Shown: positions 46,501 to 56,997 of the stretch, in pieces
Layout of the letters: every line of letters starts with the position of its first letter
Position numbering within the stretch: the first letter of the stretch is position 1
IMG/VR virus record: IMGVR_UViG_3300046517_000746
Length of the DNA: 64,000 nucleotides
Strand: one strand, 5' to 3'
From: an uncultured virus (IMG/VR IMGVR_UViG_3300046517_000746)
Lineage: Duplodnaviria; Heunggongvirae; Uroviricota; Caudoviricetes
The notes under the pieces: generated by a model
Seen by the model: the letters and a program-made list of their open reading frames with translations, nothing else
Databases searched by the model: none
Told to the model about the DNA's origin: nothing
Made by a program: the position numbers and the translations under genes

Positions 46501-48318
46501 CTTGGAATTGCCTCAAACTATACCCTGGGCTGGTCAGCCTCGTCCAATAACGGCTCAGCGGTACCCGATACGATTCTACGCCGTGCAGCAGCCGCAACAT
46601 TGCAAATGGGAGCAGCTGATGCTGCCGCTCCTGTTGCGCAAACTCTGCAAGTGCAATCTGTTGTAACCGGCACATCGAACACCGCCGGTGTGGATTGGAC
46701 TTTTAACGGCTCGAAGAGCACTGGCTCTGCCGCTGGAGGCAAGATAATCTTCTTTCAATCCCCCGCTGGTGGGGCGGGAAGCACTCCAAATGCAGCAACG
46801 ACAAAGTTTCAGCTTCCTCTCACTATGGGCAGCAATACCAATGTCCTCCAGACTGATGGCACTGGCATTACAAGCTGGGTAGCGGCGGGTGGTGGCGGTG
46901 GATCGCCAGGTGGCTCTACGCTTCAGCTTCAATACAACAACGCCGGTGCCTTTGGCGGCATGGCGGGGTCGAGTTGGGACAGTACCAACCAAGCACTGAC
47001 CCTTGCTAGTGTTGCCAATCCTGCTGCATCGACGCTGACATTGACCGGCGGCACGGCACTGACCACCTCGCAGCCCGTGCTAAACATGACGCAGACGTGG
47101 AATAATGCTGCGACGACATTCACTGGAATGAAATTTGTTATTACGAATACGGCTTCAAATTCTGTATCGAAATATTGGGATTTTACCGTTGGCGCACTCA
47201 GTATCTTCTATGCAGATCCGTCCAACGGCATTACAATGGACGTTTCCCAGGTGCGGAACCCGTCGGGAACCTGGTTCCTATTAAGTACTGGCATTCAAAT
47301 CGCTGCAACCAATGAATATCGGTGGTCATCGCGCGGAATTTTGACTTCTCCTGCTATAGGAACGGTGCAGTTTGGTTCAGCAGACGCCGCCGCACCCATC
47401 GCACAGACCCTTCAGGTTCAATCCGTGGTGGCTGGAACATCGAACACCGCTGGCGCCGGCTGGATCTTCGCCGGAAGTAAGGGAACGGGTGCGGCCATTG
47501 GTGGTGATATCGTCTTCGCCACCGCTCCCGCAGGCACTGCGGGGACATCACAGAATGCCGTTACGGAACGATTGCGCATTCCGGCTAATGCGGGTGCTGT
47601 AGTTGCAGTAACGGGGGGTATGACGCTAAGCGGGAGTATCATATCGGCCTTTTCTGGTAATTCTTTCGTTCAAGTTAATAATACAGGCGGAAAAGCTGCG
47701 GTGCTCGCTGCTGGTTCAGCGGGGTCGGTTTTTGATTTCGATAATACTGGCTTCTTCGCCATCATGTCGGACACAAAAGCTAATTTGCCAAATCTAGCTG
47801 GTACTATCTTAATCAATGTTTCAGGTGACGGAAAAGGCGTTTCATTTATTAACACCGCTGCCCTCGGATGGTCTTCTACTGGTGATGCCAGCGGGACTAA
47901 GGATACGTTTCTAACGCGTGCTGCGGCGGCCACGCTTCAGCAAGGTGCGGCAGATGCCGCCGCACCCGTAGCACAGACCCTGCAAGTTCAATCCGTAGTC
48001 GCCGGAACAAGCAATACAGCTGGCGTCCTTTGGTCGCATAATGGAAGTAAAGGCACCGGCACAGGTGCAGGAGGCGATATCGCCTTCTCCACCGCCCCCG
48101 CAGGCACTACCGGCACCTCCCAGAACTCCGTGGCCGAAGTCCTCCGCATCCTCGCCGCAGGCAACATCAAATTCTCCAACGCCGCCAACTTCTCCGCCAA
48201 CGGCTCAGTCGCAACCGTTCTCGGCTCCCTTGGTCCGACAGGCGCCAACACCACCGTCCAGAAGTGGCTCACCTTCCAAGATAACGCCGGTACCACTCGC
48301 TATGTCCCATGCTTTTAA
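43543..48318 (+). CDS. Long modular tail fibre-like protein (1591 aa)
   Basis: Thr/Gly/Ala/Ser-rich with several repeated modules. Confidence 0.75.
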   Translation: MADLDQSPAVPYEFLSQGPTFGWTKLFNPPTTGGGGSGTPGGIDQQIQFNNAGIFGGLTNAQVTSRIAVFTSLLAGATPASGGGVVNFLRADGSWQQPITDSNKGDITVSGGATTWTINNQAVTYAKMQQATTARFLGRITAGTGVIEEVTGTQATTLLDLFTTSLKGLAPASGGGTVNFLRADGTWAPPPSGGGTSIAIGTSTVTGGVTTRILFDNAGLVGEYAISGTGAVAMTTSPVLTTPNLDTPSSVTLTNATGLPVTTGISGLGANVAAFLATPSSANLIAAMTNETGTGALVFATSPTLVTPLLGTPTSGLLTNCTGLLATGGGTGQQVYVKGDILVSPGANTLNKLPVGTDTFVLTADSAQTNGIRWAASSGGAAAIAVGTSTVTGGTSTRILFDNVGIVGEYTISGTGNVAMTTSPAFTTPALGTPTAGVLTSCTGLPLSTGVTGNLSVNNLNSGTGASNTTFWRGDGTWAAPVAVVAIASTTITSGVTTRVLFDNAGVVGEYVISGTGNVAMTTSPSFTTPLLGTPTSGTLTNCTGLPLTTGVTGNLPVTNLNSGTLASSTTFWRGDGTWATPASGGTPGGTTTQVQFNDSSAFGGDAGFIYDKTLDIATLAGALVSPIVAGGTGAASSLILESTSGSGTTDLIQFKTALQVERMRINSLGNINVGSGASNTTFDGTTPIFEVDNNSASTSWSIAARRYGANADALSLVFSKTRGTSGPNAHAAVVNNDILASMDIYGDDGTAFNFVAQWKVEVDGTVAAGSVPSRIKWLTSTGTGATQRLLIDKAGNIVPGTAALATTATDTFVYQNTCAGPPTGIPASTYTGRVPTVIDSTNNRAYAYISGSWTNLTGSGGGGTPGGASLTLQYNAAGTFGGMSGTSWDNTNRSLTMTGATVTASNPVLSMTQTWNNAAVAFTALDINVTNTASNSGLNALINLRVGGTSQLTVNEFGTMFALGGIVSGSTTNTGPIDVGAARTSLGIASNYTLGWSASSNNGSAVPDTILRRAAAATLQMGAADAAAPVAQTLQVQSVVTGTSNTAGVDWTFNGSKSTGSAAGGKIIFFQSPAGGAGSTPNAATTKFQLPLTMGSNTNVLQTDGTGITSWVAAGGGGGSPGGSTLQLQYNNAGAFGGMAGSSWDSTNQALTLASVANPAASTLTLTGGTALTTSQPVLNMTQTWNNAATTFTGMKFVITNTASNSVSKYWDFTVGALSIFYADPSNGITMDVSQVRNPSGTWFLLSTGIQIAATNEYRWSSRGILTSPAIGTVQFGSADAAAPIAQTLQVQSVVAGTSNTAGAGWIFAGSKGTGAAIGGDIVFATAPAGTAGTSQNAVTERLRIPANAGAVVAVTGGMTLSGSIISAFSGNSFVQVNNTGGKAAVLAAGSAGSVFDFDNTGFFAIMSDTKANLPNLAGTILINVSGDGKGVSFINTAALGWSSTGDASGTKDTFLTRAAAATLQQGAADAAAPVAQTLQVQSVVAGTSNTAGVLWSHNGSKGTGTGAGGDIAFSTAPAGTTGTSQNSVAEVLRILAAGNIKFSNAANFSANGSVATVLGSLGPTGANTTVQKWLTFQDNAGTTRYVPCF

Positions 48319-48329
48319 AGGAGATCTAA

Positions 48330-48587
48330 ATGGCTACCATCGCAGCTACCGTTACGGAAACATCGTTCGCCACCGCTAGCAAAACCTACACTCTTGCTGA
48401 CGCAGATATGGATGCAGCTATCGCCGCTTATCAGTCCGCCGCCAACACCTCAATCAACGGCACGGCCAACCGCAACCAAGTGTTGAACTACATGTTCGAC
48501 ACGCTAATTAAGTCCTCTATCCAGTCTGCGGTGCAGAGCCACCTAACCACCCCCGCTGTCACTCCACCGCCGATCGTTATCTCTTAA
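48330..48587 (+). CDS. Hypothetical protein (fibre-associated)
   Basis: AAGGAG SD. Confidence 0.6.
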   Translation: MATIAATVTETSFATASKTYTLADADMDAAIAAYQSAANTSINGTANRNQVLNYMFDTLIKSSIQSAVQSHLTTPAVTPPPIVIS

Positions 48588-48596
48588 GGAGCCGCT

Positions 48597-48911
48597 ATGA
48601 AAGTCGACTTCTCCTCCCCCATCAATGGCCTCGATAACAAACCCGTCAAGGAAGCCAACGGCTCCGGTGGGTCTATGGAAATAACCATGAGCAGCATCTG
48701 CTGTTCCGTCCTTCTCACCCAAGACACCGAAGAAGCCGCCGCTACTGGTGAAGAGAAGGTCAAGCGCTTCAAGATCGCTGAGAAGGTCTATTCCGGCGGC
48801 GAGCAAGACCTTTCCGCTGAAGATATCGTCCTGCTTAAGCGCCTGATCGGAAAGTTCTATGGCCCTCTCGTCGTTGCGCGTGCCTATGACATTCTGGAAC
48901 CTAAAACATGA
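48597..48911 (+). CDS. Putative tail-fibre assembly/chaperone-type protein
   Basis: GEEKVKRFKIA...LSAEDIVLLKRLIGKFYGPLVV; position. Confidence 0.55.
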   Translation: MKVDFSSPINGLDNKPVKEANGSGGSMEITMSSICCSVLLTQDTEEAAATGEEKVKRFKIAEKVYSGGEQDLSAEDIVLLKRLIGKFYGPLVVARAYDILEPKT

Positions 48912-51670
48912 CAATAGCTACCTCATCCTTTTACAACAGGGTGCTGTTCCAAGCGGGGAGTACCGGAACAGTCGACTTCACTATTGGGTCGACAGTCACC
49001 GGTTACTCCACTCCATCCATGCGAGGCATTCCAGATGGTACGAACGTTAGCTACACCGCTCAAAGTGCTGACCTGTCACAGTGGGAAACAGGAGTTGGAA
49101 AGTTCCTTGGAGGGAAGATTACCCGAGCGATAGTTCGTGAGAGCTCTAGCGCTAACGCTAAGGTTTCATTCTCCACCACGCCAATTGTCTGGATTGATCA
49201 GCACGCACAGGACATAGTTGTACCCTATGTTTCCCCAAAGAGCTTTGGTGCCTTTGGAGATGGGAGTAGTCATCCAATCACGCTAACTGATATTGCCAAC
49301 CATCCAGGGTGGATTGGTCCATACAAGCAGTTACCATTGACGACCTATCCGGTTGGCACCGAATGGGACGTAGTCGGGATGCAAGAGGCCATCTACGCCG
49401 CCTTTGCATCAACGTCGACACCGGGGAATGTCATTTGGAATCGTTTCAGTGGTAATACCAATACCAACATCAGGTTGTGGATTCCAACCGGGCTCTATCA
49501 GATTAATCGTCAGTTATGGATTGCTGCCGATGGCTTCAATATTCAAGCCGACAACCGGCTGTCCACCCAACTGGTATGGAATGGATACAATAAACTCAGT
49601 GGCAGTAACAATAATGCCTTCGTGTGCAATTCGCACACGAACACGACACTCGATGGAATATCCGCTGCGGATATCGCACAACTTCATGTTGGAATGTCAG
49701 TCCGTGATGCCACCATCAATCAGACCACCGGATCAATTCCGTGGCCCACCAAGATTACGGCTATAAATGTCGGCGCTGGATCGGTCACACTCACTAATCC
49801 CACAACGTCGTCAGTCACCGGGCTAAATGTTTTTGTCTTTTCGTCTTTCATCCGTATGGACTCCATCAGCTACGGCTACATGGCGAATGTCGCATTAAGC
49901 TGTAGTGGTATGCTGCCAAGAGGTGGGATTAGTGGCGAAGGCGATCCGGCAATGTTGGTCGTCGACCAGACCATTGGCGGCCTCAGTCCGCAGCAATTGA
50001 CTTTTGTGAATATGACGATCTTTGGCCATCAGCAGGCCGATGTTGGTATCAGTATCGTACCGGATGGCGGTGGCGGTTCACAAGGCTCCAATATTACTTT
50101 TCTCAATCCATTCATTGGTACCTGTAACCGTGCTGGCCTGCGCATCAATGGAAATAATGCGCTGAATGTCGACATGATTAGCGGTGACGTTCAGCACTGC
50201 CCGTATGATGGCATTCAGCAGCTCGCCGGTAGCATGAATGCCATTGGCTGTTCTTTTGAAAACCAATTATCCGATTTCTTTACCTCGCCACAACGTAATC
50301 AACTAGCAAATATGGGAAGGGATATACTGGCCAATGGCCCGGGCGGCATTACCAATGCTTCCTATGTGGCCAATATCCGCAGCGAGGCGAATATCGGCGT
50401 GTATTCTGACACTGGTCCTGGGGTTTATGTTGCTAATTATGGAGTGGCACAACTCGATATTGGCACCAATTACTCTCCGAACGCCAATTACCAGCTTGGA
50501 GATTGTTTTCTTCCTGTCACCAATAATACCAAGGGCCGCGTCTTCATGTGCGTGGACACGGGTGGTGAAAACATATGGCGGCAATGTGATGACGCCGGTA
50601 GTAGTGGCGATATCATAGCGGTCAAGGGAAGCCCAGGATGGACCGTCAATCAATGGGTAGGTTTTGCGCTTCGCTTCCGGTTTGGCTCCAATGGTTTTAC
50701 ATCCAATCCAGGCTTAATTACCTCGAATACTGCTAACACCATTACACTGACCGGGTTAGGATTAGGAAATAGTGCCCGTGATGATAGCACGATCCTTATC
50801 CAGGGCCTTACTGGGGCAAGTCCACCAAATTGGGATGCCACTGCAGATGGCAATTACGTCCCACCCGGTGCGTCCGGCCAAGGCTTCTTTGCCAATGTGG
50901 GGACGAGCACCGTCAATGTTGGTCCTGCCATCTATAGCAGCATCAGCGTTGGTGATTATATTTTGGTTCGCGACGCCACTCTTGTGGGTTGCTTCAATGG
51001 TGTCTTTCCACAATTTCCCTTCCCGTTGATTTCCAAAGTTATTACCAAGACGGGCGGCGCTACGCTCACCGTTACACAGCCGGTGTACTTTGGAAATAGT
51101 AGTGGCATTGGCACTGACGGATACTTCGGCACCGCCGTTGTTGACGGTGCCGTGCGCTGGCTGGAACTGCCATTTGCTGCATTTCAGGGCTGCAGGCCAC
51201 TTGTGCATGCCAACTCCGGGAATGGCATTGTGCGGAATTGCCAGAATATTGAGATGCTTCAAAGTGTTAGGACCGACACAATACAAATAAGTAATAATTT
51301 CAACAATCCTGTGGCCAACGAATCAGTAAATCTTTCTGGTGGACCGAATTATGAACAATTGCAAACAACATTGCCAATATCCTCGCCGCTCGATCTGACC
51401 AAATATACCCTTGCAACCGATGTACTTTCATTCACTCCCGCAAATAACCAGACCCTTAATTTTTCCGACCCGTCTATTGGTGGTTTCTATCAACAATTGA
51501 CTTTGATTTTCTTAACTTCAGGCACCACCAGCTTCACGATCACCTTTGGCACTAATGCCCTGAGCACTGGCACGTTGGCAACGGGTGCGGTCAGCGGAAA
51601 ACGCTTCGTTGTTCGCTTCGTGAGCGACGGTGCAAAATGGATCGAAGTCTCGCGTACGGGAGCGCTGTAG
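48908..51670 (+). CDS. Tailspike/receptor-binding protein (pectate-lyase-like beta-helix), allele 2
   Basis: N-terminal attachment domain (NRVLF...TGT...QWETG), SPKSFGAFGDG, LWIPTGLYQI. Confidence 0.8.
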   Translation: MTIATSSFYNRVLFQAGSTGTVDFTIGSTVTGYSTPSMRGIPDGTNVSYTAQSADLSQWETGVGKFLGGKITRAIVRESSSANAKVSFSTTPIVWIDQHAQDIVVPYVSPKSFGAFGDGSSHPITLTDIANHPGWIGPYKQLPLTTYPVGTEWDVVGMQEAIYAAFASTSTPGNVIWNRFSGNTNTNIRLWIPTGLYQINRQLWIAADGFNIQADNRLSTQLVWNGYNKLSGSNNNAFVCNSHTNTTLDGISAADIAQLHVGMSVRDATINQTTGSIPWPTKITAINVGAGSVTLTNPTTSSVTGLNVFVFSSFIRMDSISYGYMANVALSCSGMLPRGGISGEGDPAMLVVDQTIGGLSPQQLTFVNMTIFGHQQADVGISIVPDGGGGSQGSNITFLNPFIGTCNRAGLRINGNNALNVDMISGDVQHCPYDGIQQLAGSMNAIGCSFENQLSDFFTSPQRNQLANMGRDILANGPGGITNASYVANIRSEANIGVYSDTGPGVYVANYGVAQLDIGTNYSPNANYQLGDCFLPVTNNTKGRVFMCVDTGGENIWRQCDDAGSSGDIIAVKGSPGWTVNQWVGFALRFRFGSNGFTSNPGLITSNTANTITLTGLGLGNSARDDSTILIQGLTGASPPNWDATADGNYVPPGASGQGFFANVGTSTVNVGPAIYSSISVGDYILVRDATLVGCFNGVFPQFPFPLISKVITKTGGATLTVTQPVYFGNSSGIGTDGYFGTAVVDGAVRWLELPFAAFQGCRPLVHANSGNGIVRNCQNIEMLQSVRTDTIQISNNFNNPVANESVNLSGGPNYEQLQTTLPISSPLDLTKYTLATDVLSFTPANNQTLNFSDPSIGGFYQQLTLIFLTSGTTSFTITFGTNALSTGTLATGAVSGKRFVVRFVSDGAKWIEVSRTGAL
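49962..51670 (+). repeat. Diverged direct repeat, copy 2
   Basis: Aligns to 1..1715. Confidence 0.95.
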
Positions 51671-51838
51671 ATGCTGCGGGCGCTCACCGACGGCAATGGC
51701 AATGCCTATTACTCTGGCGGCAAGATGCTGGTGGTGCAGACCACTGAGCCGGAGCCGGACACCGTGATCGCGGCAGGCAATCAATACGTGCCGCTCAACG
51801 CCTTCATCACGCGCACGATCGTGCGCAAGACCAGATAA
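51671..51838 (+). CDS. Small hypothetical protein (first gene of the phage B segment)
   Basis: ATG directly after the tailspike TAG; 55 aa. Confidence 0.45.
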   Translation: MLRALTDGNGNAYYSGGKMLVVQTTEPEPDTVIAAGNQYVPLNAFITRTIVRKTR

Positions 51839-51848
51839 CCCAAATTTA

Positions 51849-51920
51849 CGTCAGCCGCACGAAACGCGGCAGCGTCAGACCCACGAAACGGGACAGCGCC
51901 GGCACCCAGCGAGATGGGCG
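51849..51920 (+). repeat. Three tandem 24-nt stem-loop units upstream of the scaffold gene
   Basis: CGTCAGCCGCACGAAACGCGGCAG / CGTCAGACCCACGAAACGGGACAG / CGCCGGCACCCAGCGAGATGGGCG. Confidence 0.7.
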
Positions 51921-51935
51921 CATCAGGAGAAACCT

Positions 51936-52853
51936 ATGGCTGATCCAGAACAGGTAGAAGTCGAGCAGAGCGTCGTAGAAACTGAAAACGAACTGCTGAA
52001 GAGCGCGTTCGAACCGAAGGATGAGGCGAAAGCCTCCCCGGAAGCACCCGCGCAGGAAGCGCCGCCCGAGCCTCCGAAGGAGGGCAGGGCGCGTGATCCC
52101 GAAACAGGCCGTTTCGCTACCAAGGGACCTGCGTCTGCAGAACCCGCAGCAGGCGCAGAACCTCCCAAGGTGGAAGACGAGATCCTGCCATCATGGCGAG
52201 CTCGCGAGATCAACGAGGAAAGACGTCAGGTCCAGGCCGAGTTGGAGCGGATGCGGGTCGAACATGCCCGTATGCAGGCGCATATGGCGCAACTCCAGCG
52301 CGCACAGGCCCCGGTGCAGGAAGTGCCAATTCCCGATCCGATTATCGACACGCCCGGTTTCTACAACCGGGTACGTGATGATATGCGGCGGGAGTTCTCG
52401 CAGCAGCAAGCCGCTGACCGTCTCAACATGAACCTCGAAATGACGCATATGCGTCACGGCGAGAAATTCGAGAAGGCCTACGAGGCGGTGCTGATGCAGG
52501 CGCAACGCGGTGACCAAAGACTCGTGGCCCACTTCACCTCGCAGCCCAATCCGGGCGAGGCGATGGTGCGTTGGTACACGCAGAACGAAGTCATGCGCGA
52601 GGTCGGCAACGACATCCCCGCGTTTCGGCAGAAGACAAGAGACGAACTGCTCAAGGATCCTGAATTTCTGGCGCAGGCGTTCGAGGCGCATCGCCGCTTC
52701 GCTACCGGCGGAAGTCAGCCGCAAAACACTGTAGTCAGACTGCCGCCTTCATTATCGAAAGCGACCGGCACTTCGGAAGTGTCGGATACGCGCACCGATG
52801 GTTCGGAGGCGGCGCTGTTTGCCTACGCCATGCAACCAAAACAGCGGCGCTGA
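51936..52853 (+). CDS. Scaffolding protein, phage B
   Basis: RARDPETGRFA, PSWRAREINEERR, LPPSLS; lies before the MCP. Confidence 0.75.
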   Translation: MADPEQVEVEQSVVETENELLKSAFEPKDEAKASPEAPAQEAPPEPPKEGRARDPETGRFATKGPASAEPAAGAEPPKVEDEILPSWRAREINEERRQVQAELERMRVEHARMQAHMAQLQRAQAPVQEVPIPDPIIDTPGFYNRVRDDMRREFSQQQAADRLNMNLEMTHMRHGEKFEKAYEAVLMQAQRGDQRLVAHFTSQPNPGEAMVRWYTQNEVMREVGNDIPAFRQKTRDELLKDPEFLAQAFEAHRRFATGGSQPQNTVVRLPPSLSKATGTSEVSDTRTDGSEAALFAYAMQPKQRR

Positions 52854-52878
52854 AATTTCAGCGCCGGAGGACTGAACA

Positions 52879-54030
52879 ATGGCGCTCACTACCATTCAGG
52901 CTAACAATAAACTCATCGTATTTCGCGAGGAGATCATTCGCGAATTCGTGCGGCAGAATATGTTTAGCCCGTACATGGGCTCGGGGATGACATCGATCAT
53001 CCGCGTGCTCAACGATCTCAAATCCGGCGGCGAGCAGGTTAACGTCCCGCTCGTCAATTCATTGCGTGCGGCGGCGATCGGTAGCGGCACCCTGACCGGT
53101 GCGGAAGAGGCGATCGACAATTACGGCTTCAGGATGTGGATCGACTGGGCCCGTAACGCCGTAAAGACCAGTCGGCTGGAAGACCACCGCGATAGTGCGG
53201 ACATCTTCGATATCGCCCGTCCGCTGCTGAGCGACTGGGGCAAGGAGCTGATCAAGAACGAGATCGTCGACGCGCTATTGTCGATCCCGCTCGAGGTGCC
53301 TCCTGCAGGCTTGGGTACTTCGGCAGGCCAACGGGTCAATGGCGTCGGCTGGAACGCGGCCTCGGCGGCGCAGCGCAATGCGTGGACGGCAAACAATGTC
53401 GACCGTGTGTTGTTCGGTGCAACGATCTCCAACTACAGCGCGACATGGGCAACTGCAGCCGCCAACGTCGACAACACCACCGACAAATTGACTGCAGCCT
53501 CACTGCGGTTGATGAAGCGTCGGGCGATGGCGGCGGTACCGCGTATTCGTCCATACCTGGACAATGATGGGTATGATTACTGGATCTGCTTCGTGGATCC
53601 CAACCAGTTCCGCGACCTGTCCAACGATCAGACCGTCGTCAATGCCAATATGTATGCAAGACCGCGGGAGGGCCGTTTTAAAGAAAACCCGCTATTCGGC
53701 GATGGCGATATTCTCTTTGACGGGATCATCGTCCGCCAAGTGCCGGAATTGCTCACGCGCATCCCGGCAGTCTTCTCGACGGCGGGTACCGGCGCAACGG
53801 TGCAGATCAACATGGCGCACCTGTGCGGACAATCTGCGCTCGCCCAGTTCTACGGGCAATTGCCGCGCCCGACCCAACTCGAAGTTACCGACTATGGCTT
53901 CAACCGCGGCGTCGGCATCGAGATGGCCTACGGCATCAGCAAGGTTGCCAAGGATACCCCAGGCACCGGTATCGTGTTCAAGGACTGGGGCGTGTTCTCC
54001 GGGTTCTTTGCTTCGGTCAACGATACGTGA
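52879..54030 (+). CDS. Major capsid protein (N4 gp56/DUF4043 family), phage B
   Basis: FVRQNMFSPYMG...GGEQVNVPLV...IDWARNAV...NPLF...DYGF. Confidence 0.85.
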   Translation: MALTTIQANNKLIVFREEIIREFVRQNMFSPYMGSGMTSIIRVLNDLKSGGEQVNVPLVNSLRAAAIGSGTLTGAEEAIDNYGFRMWIDWARNAVKTSRLEDHRDSADIFDIARPLLSDWGKELIKNEIVDALLSIPLEVPPAGLGTSAGQRVNGVGWNAASAAQRNAWTANNVDRVLFGATISNYSATWATAAANVDNTTDKLTAASLRLMKRRAMAAVPRIRPYLDNDGYDYWICFVDPNQFRDLSNDQTVVNANMYARPREGRFKENPLFGDGDILFDGIIVRQVPELLTRIPAVFSTAGTGATVQINMAHLCGQSALAQFYGQLPRPTQLEVTDYGFNRGVGIEMAYGISKVAKDTPGTGIVFKDWGVFSGFFASVNDT

Positions 54031-54146
54031 TGCATAACTAAAATTGCGCTACTACTGAACCGGTGGGCGGTATCGGGCCTTAACCTTACCAACGTGGCTC
54101 GCTCCTCAGCAGCCCTCGACGCCGCCCATCGTTTTAAGGAGACGCC

Positions 54147-54497
54147 ATGGTGAAAATTGTCTGGAAGGGTGAAGACACCGGGGATACGCCAGGTCCGAGT
54201 TTCAATATTTGGAATGGCATCAAGACGCCGAAAGGTGTCGCGGTCGAAATCACCGATCCGCACATGATCGCCAAGGCGCGCGTAAACAAATTCTATCAGG
54301 TCATCGAGGAGGCAAGTCAACATGAAGAAGCAAAAGTCGAAGAGCCGGCCAAAGTCGAAGAGCAAGCCGAGCAAGTCAAAGAAACGGATTACCGCAAAAG
54401 CGAAAAAACCAGCGGCTACTCGCCGGTCAAGAAAAAGAGCAGAAAAAGAACCAAGCCAGCAACAGTTGCAGGCGGAATTCCCGCGCCCGACGCATGA
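54147..54497 (+). CDS. Hypothetical protein
   Basis: AAGGAG SD. Confidence 0.65.
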   Translation: MVKIVWKGEDTGDTPGPSFNIWNGIKTPKGVAVEITDPHMIAKARVNKFYQVIEEASQHEEAKVEEPAKVEEQAEQVKETDYRKSEKTSGYSPVKKKSRKRTKPATVAGGIPAPDA

Positions 54498-54514
54498 CCA
54501 GGTGATTGTCCCGC

Positions 54515-54877
54515 ATGACCACTAGAACCCGCCGCGATCTGGTCAACGCGGCACTGGCCAACCTTGGTATCCTGGCGGCTGGGCAACAACCCGATGCCGA
54601 GGACTTCGAGGCGGTGGACGATCATTTCGAGCCGCTGATCGCGTGGCTCGAGGCGGCACAGATCATCGATCTCGACAACACCATCGATGCGATCCCCGAT
54701 GAATGGTTCAGCCCGCTGGCGGTGCTCTTAGCCGACGATGCAGCGCTGGAATTCGGCCTGCCTGGTGTGCCGGCGCCGCCGAATTCACCATCGCCCGTCG
54801 CGGTTGCGATCGATGCGCTACGATTGGCAACCTACGCGCGGCCGACGTACGAAGTCCAGCGCACCGATTACTTTTAA
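54515..54877 (+). CDS. Head-tail adaptor (P22 gp4-like)
   Basis: TRRDLVNAALANLGILAAGQ...; position. Confidence 0.65.
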   Translation: MTTRTRRDLVNAALANLGILAAGQQPDAEDFEAVDDHFEPLIAWLEAAQIIDLDNTIDAIPDEWFSPLAVLLADDAALEFGLPGVPAPPNSPSPVAVAIDALRLATYARPTYEVQRTDYF

Positions 54878-54888
54878 GGAGATACGTC

Positions 54889-55269
54889 ATGGCAGACTAC
54901 GGCGGATTGGGCGGTGGAAACTCTTTGCGCGATGCGCTCAACGCGCTTTATCCGATGACTGGCTTGGGCAACTACTCAACACAATTCCCTCCCCAAACAG
55001 GATCGCCGATGCCCTCAGGGCCGGTGCCTATGCCGCCACCGCGACCACAGATGCCGCCGCAACTCCCGCCGGGCGCTCTTGGGATGGCGGCGCCTGGAGT
55101 GGGCCCGCCTCCGGGCCTGCCACCGGGAGTGGGGATGGGTCCACCGCCAGGAGCACCTCCGGGCTATGGGCCCATCCCCGGTTCGCCGCAGATGGCGGGC
55201 GGACGCTTCAGCGGTGTGCGACCGGGCATAGGGCCTGATTTCGCGGCGCAGCTCGGGCTACGCCGGTAG
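54889..55269 (+). CDS. Pro/Gly/Met-rich low-complexity protein
   Basis: AAGGAG SD before ATG 54889. Confidence 0.55.
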   Translation: MADYGGLGGGNSLRDALNALYPMTGLGNYSTQFPPQTGSPMPSGPVPMPPPRPQMPPQLPPGALGMAAPGVGPPPGLPPGVGMGPPPGAPPGYGPIPGSPQMAGGRFSGVRPGIGPDFAAQLGLRR

Positions 55270-55276
55270 TTCTGAC

Positions 55277-56716
55277 ATGCCAGAAGCCGCGATCCCATTC
55301 CCGCTCAATTCGGCTCCTGGCAAAAATACCCACGACAGTGCTGGCCGATTGATCAATTGCTACGCCGAGAACCTGATTGCCGGGGCGCGTGCGAACACGG
55401 TATGGCGGCGCGCGCCGGGGCTGACCTCATTCAAGCTTGCTACCGCTACAGGCTGGCGCGGTGGCATCGTAGTCGGCTCACTGCTCTATGCCGCATTCAC
55501 CGGCTCGGGCGGTCGCGTGTCGAGCTTCACGTCGGGCGGCAGCGAGACGGTGCTGGGTACGCTCGGCGGCACCAAGAAAATATTCTGGGCAAGAAACAAC
55601 AAGATCCCGCCGGATGTCGTGCTGGTCGACCCTGACAACGGTGCCTTCCAGGTAACGACGGCGCCTACCGTGATCAATTATCCCGACCTTGATGTTGGGA
55701 CGCCAAATTCAGTCTGCTTTCTCGACGGCTACTTCTTCTTCACCCGCGGAGATGGCACCTGCATCGCCTCAGCCATCAATGACACTGCGGTCAATCCGCT
55801 CGATTTCGTCCGCGTGCATGGCAACCCCGGCGGCCTCTTGCGCGCTATCCCATTCGGCGAACTCTACCTGTTCGGATCGACCACCATTGAGCCGTGGCAA
55901 AACACCGCCAATCCGACAGCGTTTCCATTCACCCGCGTCAAGGTGATCCCGCGCGGGCTACTCAGTCGTTATGCGGTGACCGGCTGGGAGCCCGGTTTCG
56001 GCAAGGGTATTATTTTTGTCGGCGATGATCGCAAGGTCTACGCGCTCAACGGTTATACGCCGGTGCCGATATCGACGCCCGATGTCGATCGCGCGATCAC
56101 TACGTTCATCGATGGCGGGGGACTGGCGGACGATATCGAGATGTTTCCCTATGTCGCCAGTGGGAACTCGTATGTCGTGCTGCGCATGCCGTCCTCGACA
56201 TGGACATTGGATGTCAATTCGGTGCGTTGGCATGAGCGCACTTCCTATCTGCAGTTCACCTGGCGGGCCTTCAACTCGGTCTTTACGTTCGGCAAGTGGC
56301 TTGCCGGTGATGCATTGAGCGCCAACATCCTCGAGATCACCGAGGGGGTGCAGACCGAGCTCGGTCAGGATATTCCGTTTGATATCTATTCGGGTCCGGT
56401 GACGGCGTTTCCCAATCGTCTAAGGGTGTCGCAGGTGACAATCGACATCGCACGCGGCGTCGGGCGGGCGATCGGTCCCGATCCGATCCAGACCGATCCC
56501 AAGATCTACATTAGTTGGACCGACGATGGCGGGATGAATTGGTCGACGCCTATTCAGCGCAAACTGGGCCGGCAGGCGACGTCATTCTTTCCGGTGCGGG
56601 TCAACCGTGTCGGACAGACCAAGGATCAGGGGAGACGCTTTCGGATACAAGTGTTTGATCCGGTCGATGTCGAATTGACCGGCGGCAAGATGTCGGCCGA
56701 GGTCAGGAACTACTGA
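55277..56716 (+). CDS. Packaged-DNA stabilisation/tail hub protein (P22 gp10-like)
   Basis: RLINCYAE...RAPGL...FLDGYF...ISTPDVD...WHER...SWTDDGG. Confidence 0.85.
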   Translation: MPEAAIPFPLNSAPGKNTHDSAGRLINCYAENLIAGARANTVWRRAPGLTSFKLATATGWRGGIVVGSLLYAAFTGSGGRVSSFTSGGSETVLGTLGGTKKIFWARNNKIPPDVVLVDPDNGAFQVTTAPTVINYPDLDVGTPNSVCFLDGYFFFTRGDGTCIASAINDTAVNPLDFVRVHGNPGGLLRAIPFGELYLFGSTTIEPWQNTANPTAFPFTRVKVIPRGLLSRYAVTGWEPGFGKGIIFVGDDRKVYALNGYTPVPISTPDVDRAITTFIDGGGLADDIEMFPYVASGNSYVVLRMPSSTWTLDVNSVRWHERTSYLQFTWRAFNSVFTFGKWLAGDALSANILEITEGVQTELGQDIPFDIYSGPVTAFPNRLRVSQVTIDIARGVGRAIGPDPIQTDPKIYISWTDDGGMNWSTPIQRKLGRQATSFFPVRVNRVGQTKDQGRRFRIQVFDPVDVELTGGKMSAEVRNY

Positions 56717-56997
56717 TGGCCCTGCTGCCGCCGCCTGACATCAGCGTTGCCTATGTCAGCAAAGACAGCGGCGTGCCTAGCCGGGAATTCTATAACTGGA
56801 TCAGATCGATTTACGAGATCGTCCGCGGTGCGGCGCCGGTTGGTGCCGCGTCTGCTCTTGCATCACCCACAGGCCGGTCAGGCTCGCGTGCCTTCGTGAC
56901 CGACGCGACGGCAACGACGTTCGCCAGTATCGTTACCGGCGGCGGGTCTAATTATGTCCCGGTCTACTGCGACGGAGTAAACTGGAGGATCGGCTGA
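56716..56997 (+). CDS. Small tail accessory protein
   Basis: TGATG coupling; GSRAFVTDAT...VPVYCDGVNWRIG. Confidence 0.6.
   Translation: MALLPPPDISVAYVSKDSGVPSREFYNWIRSIYEIVRGAAPVGAASALASPTGRSGSRAFVTDATATTFASIVTGGGSNYVPVYCDGVNWRIG

Noticed and set aside
43561..48296. Many long antisense ORFs over the tail fibre and elsewhere
   Set aside because: Shadow frames of Thr/Gly/Ala-rich genes; no SD and no protein-like motifs.
51849..51920. Mini CRISPR array
   Set aside because: The units are contiguous, with no spacers.
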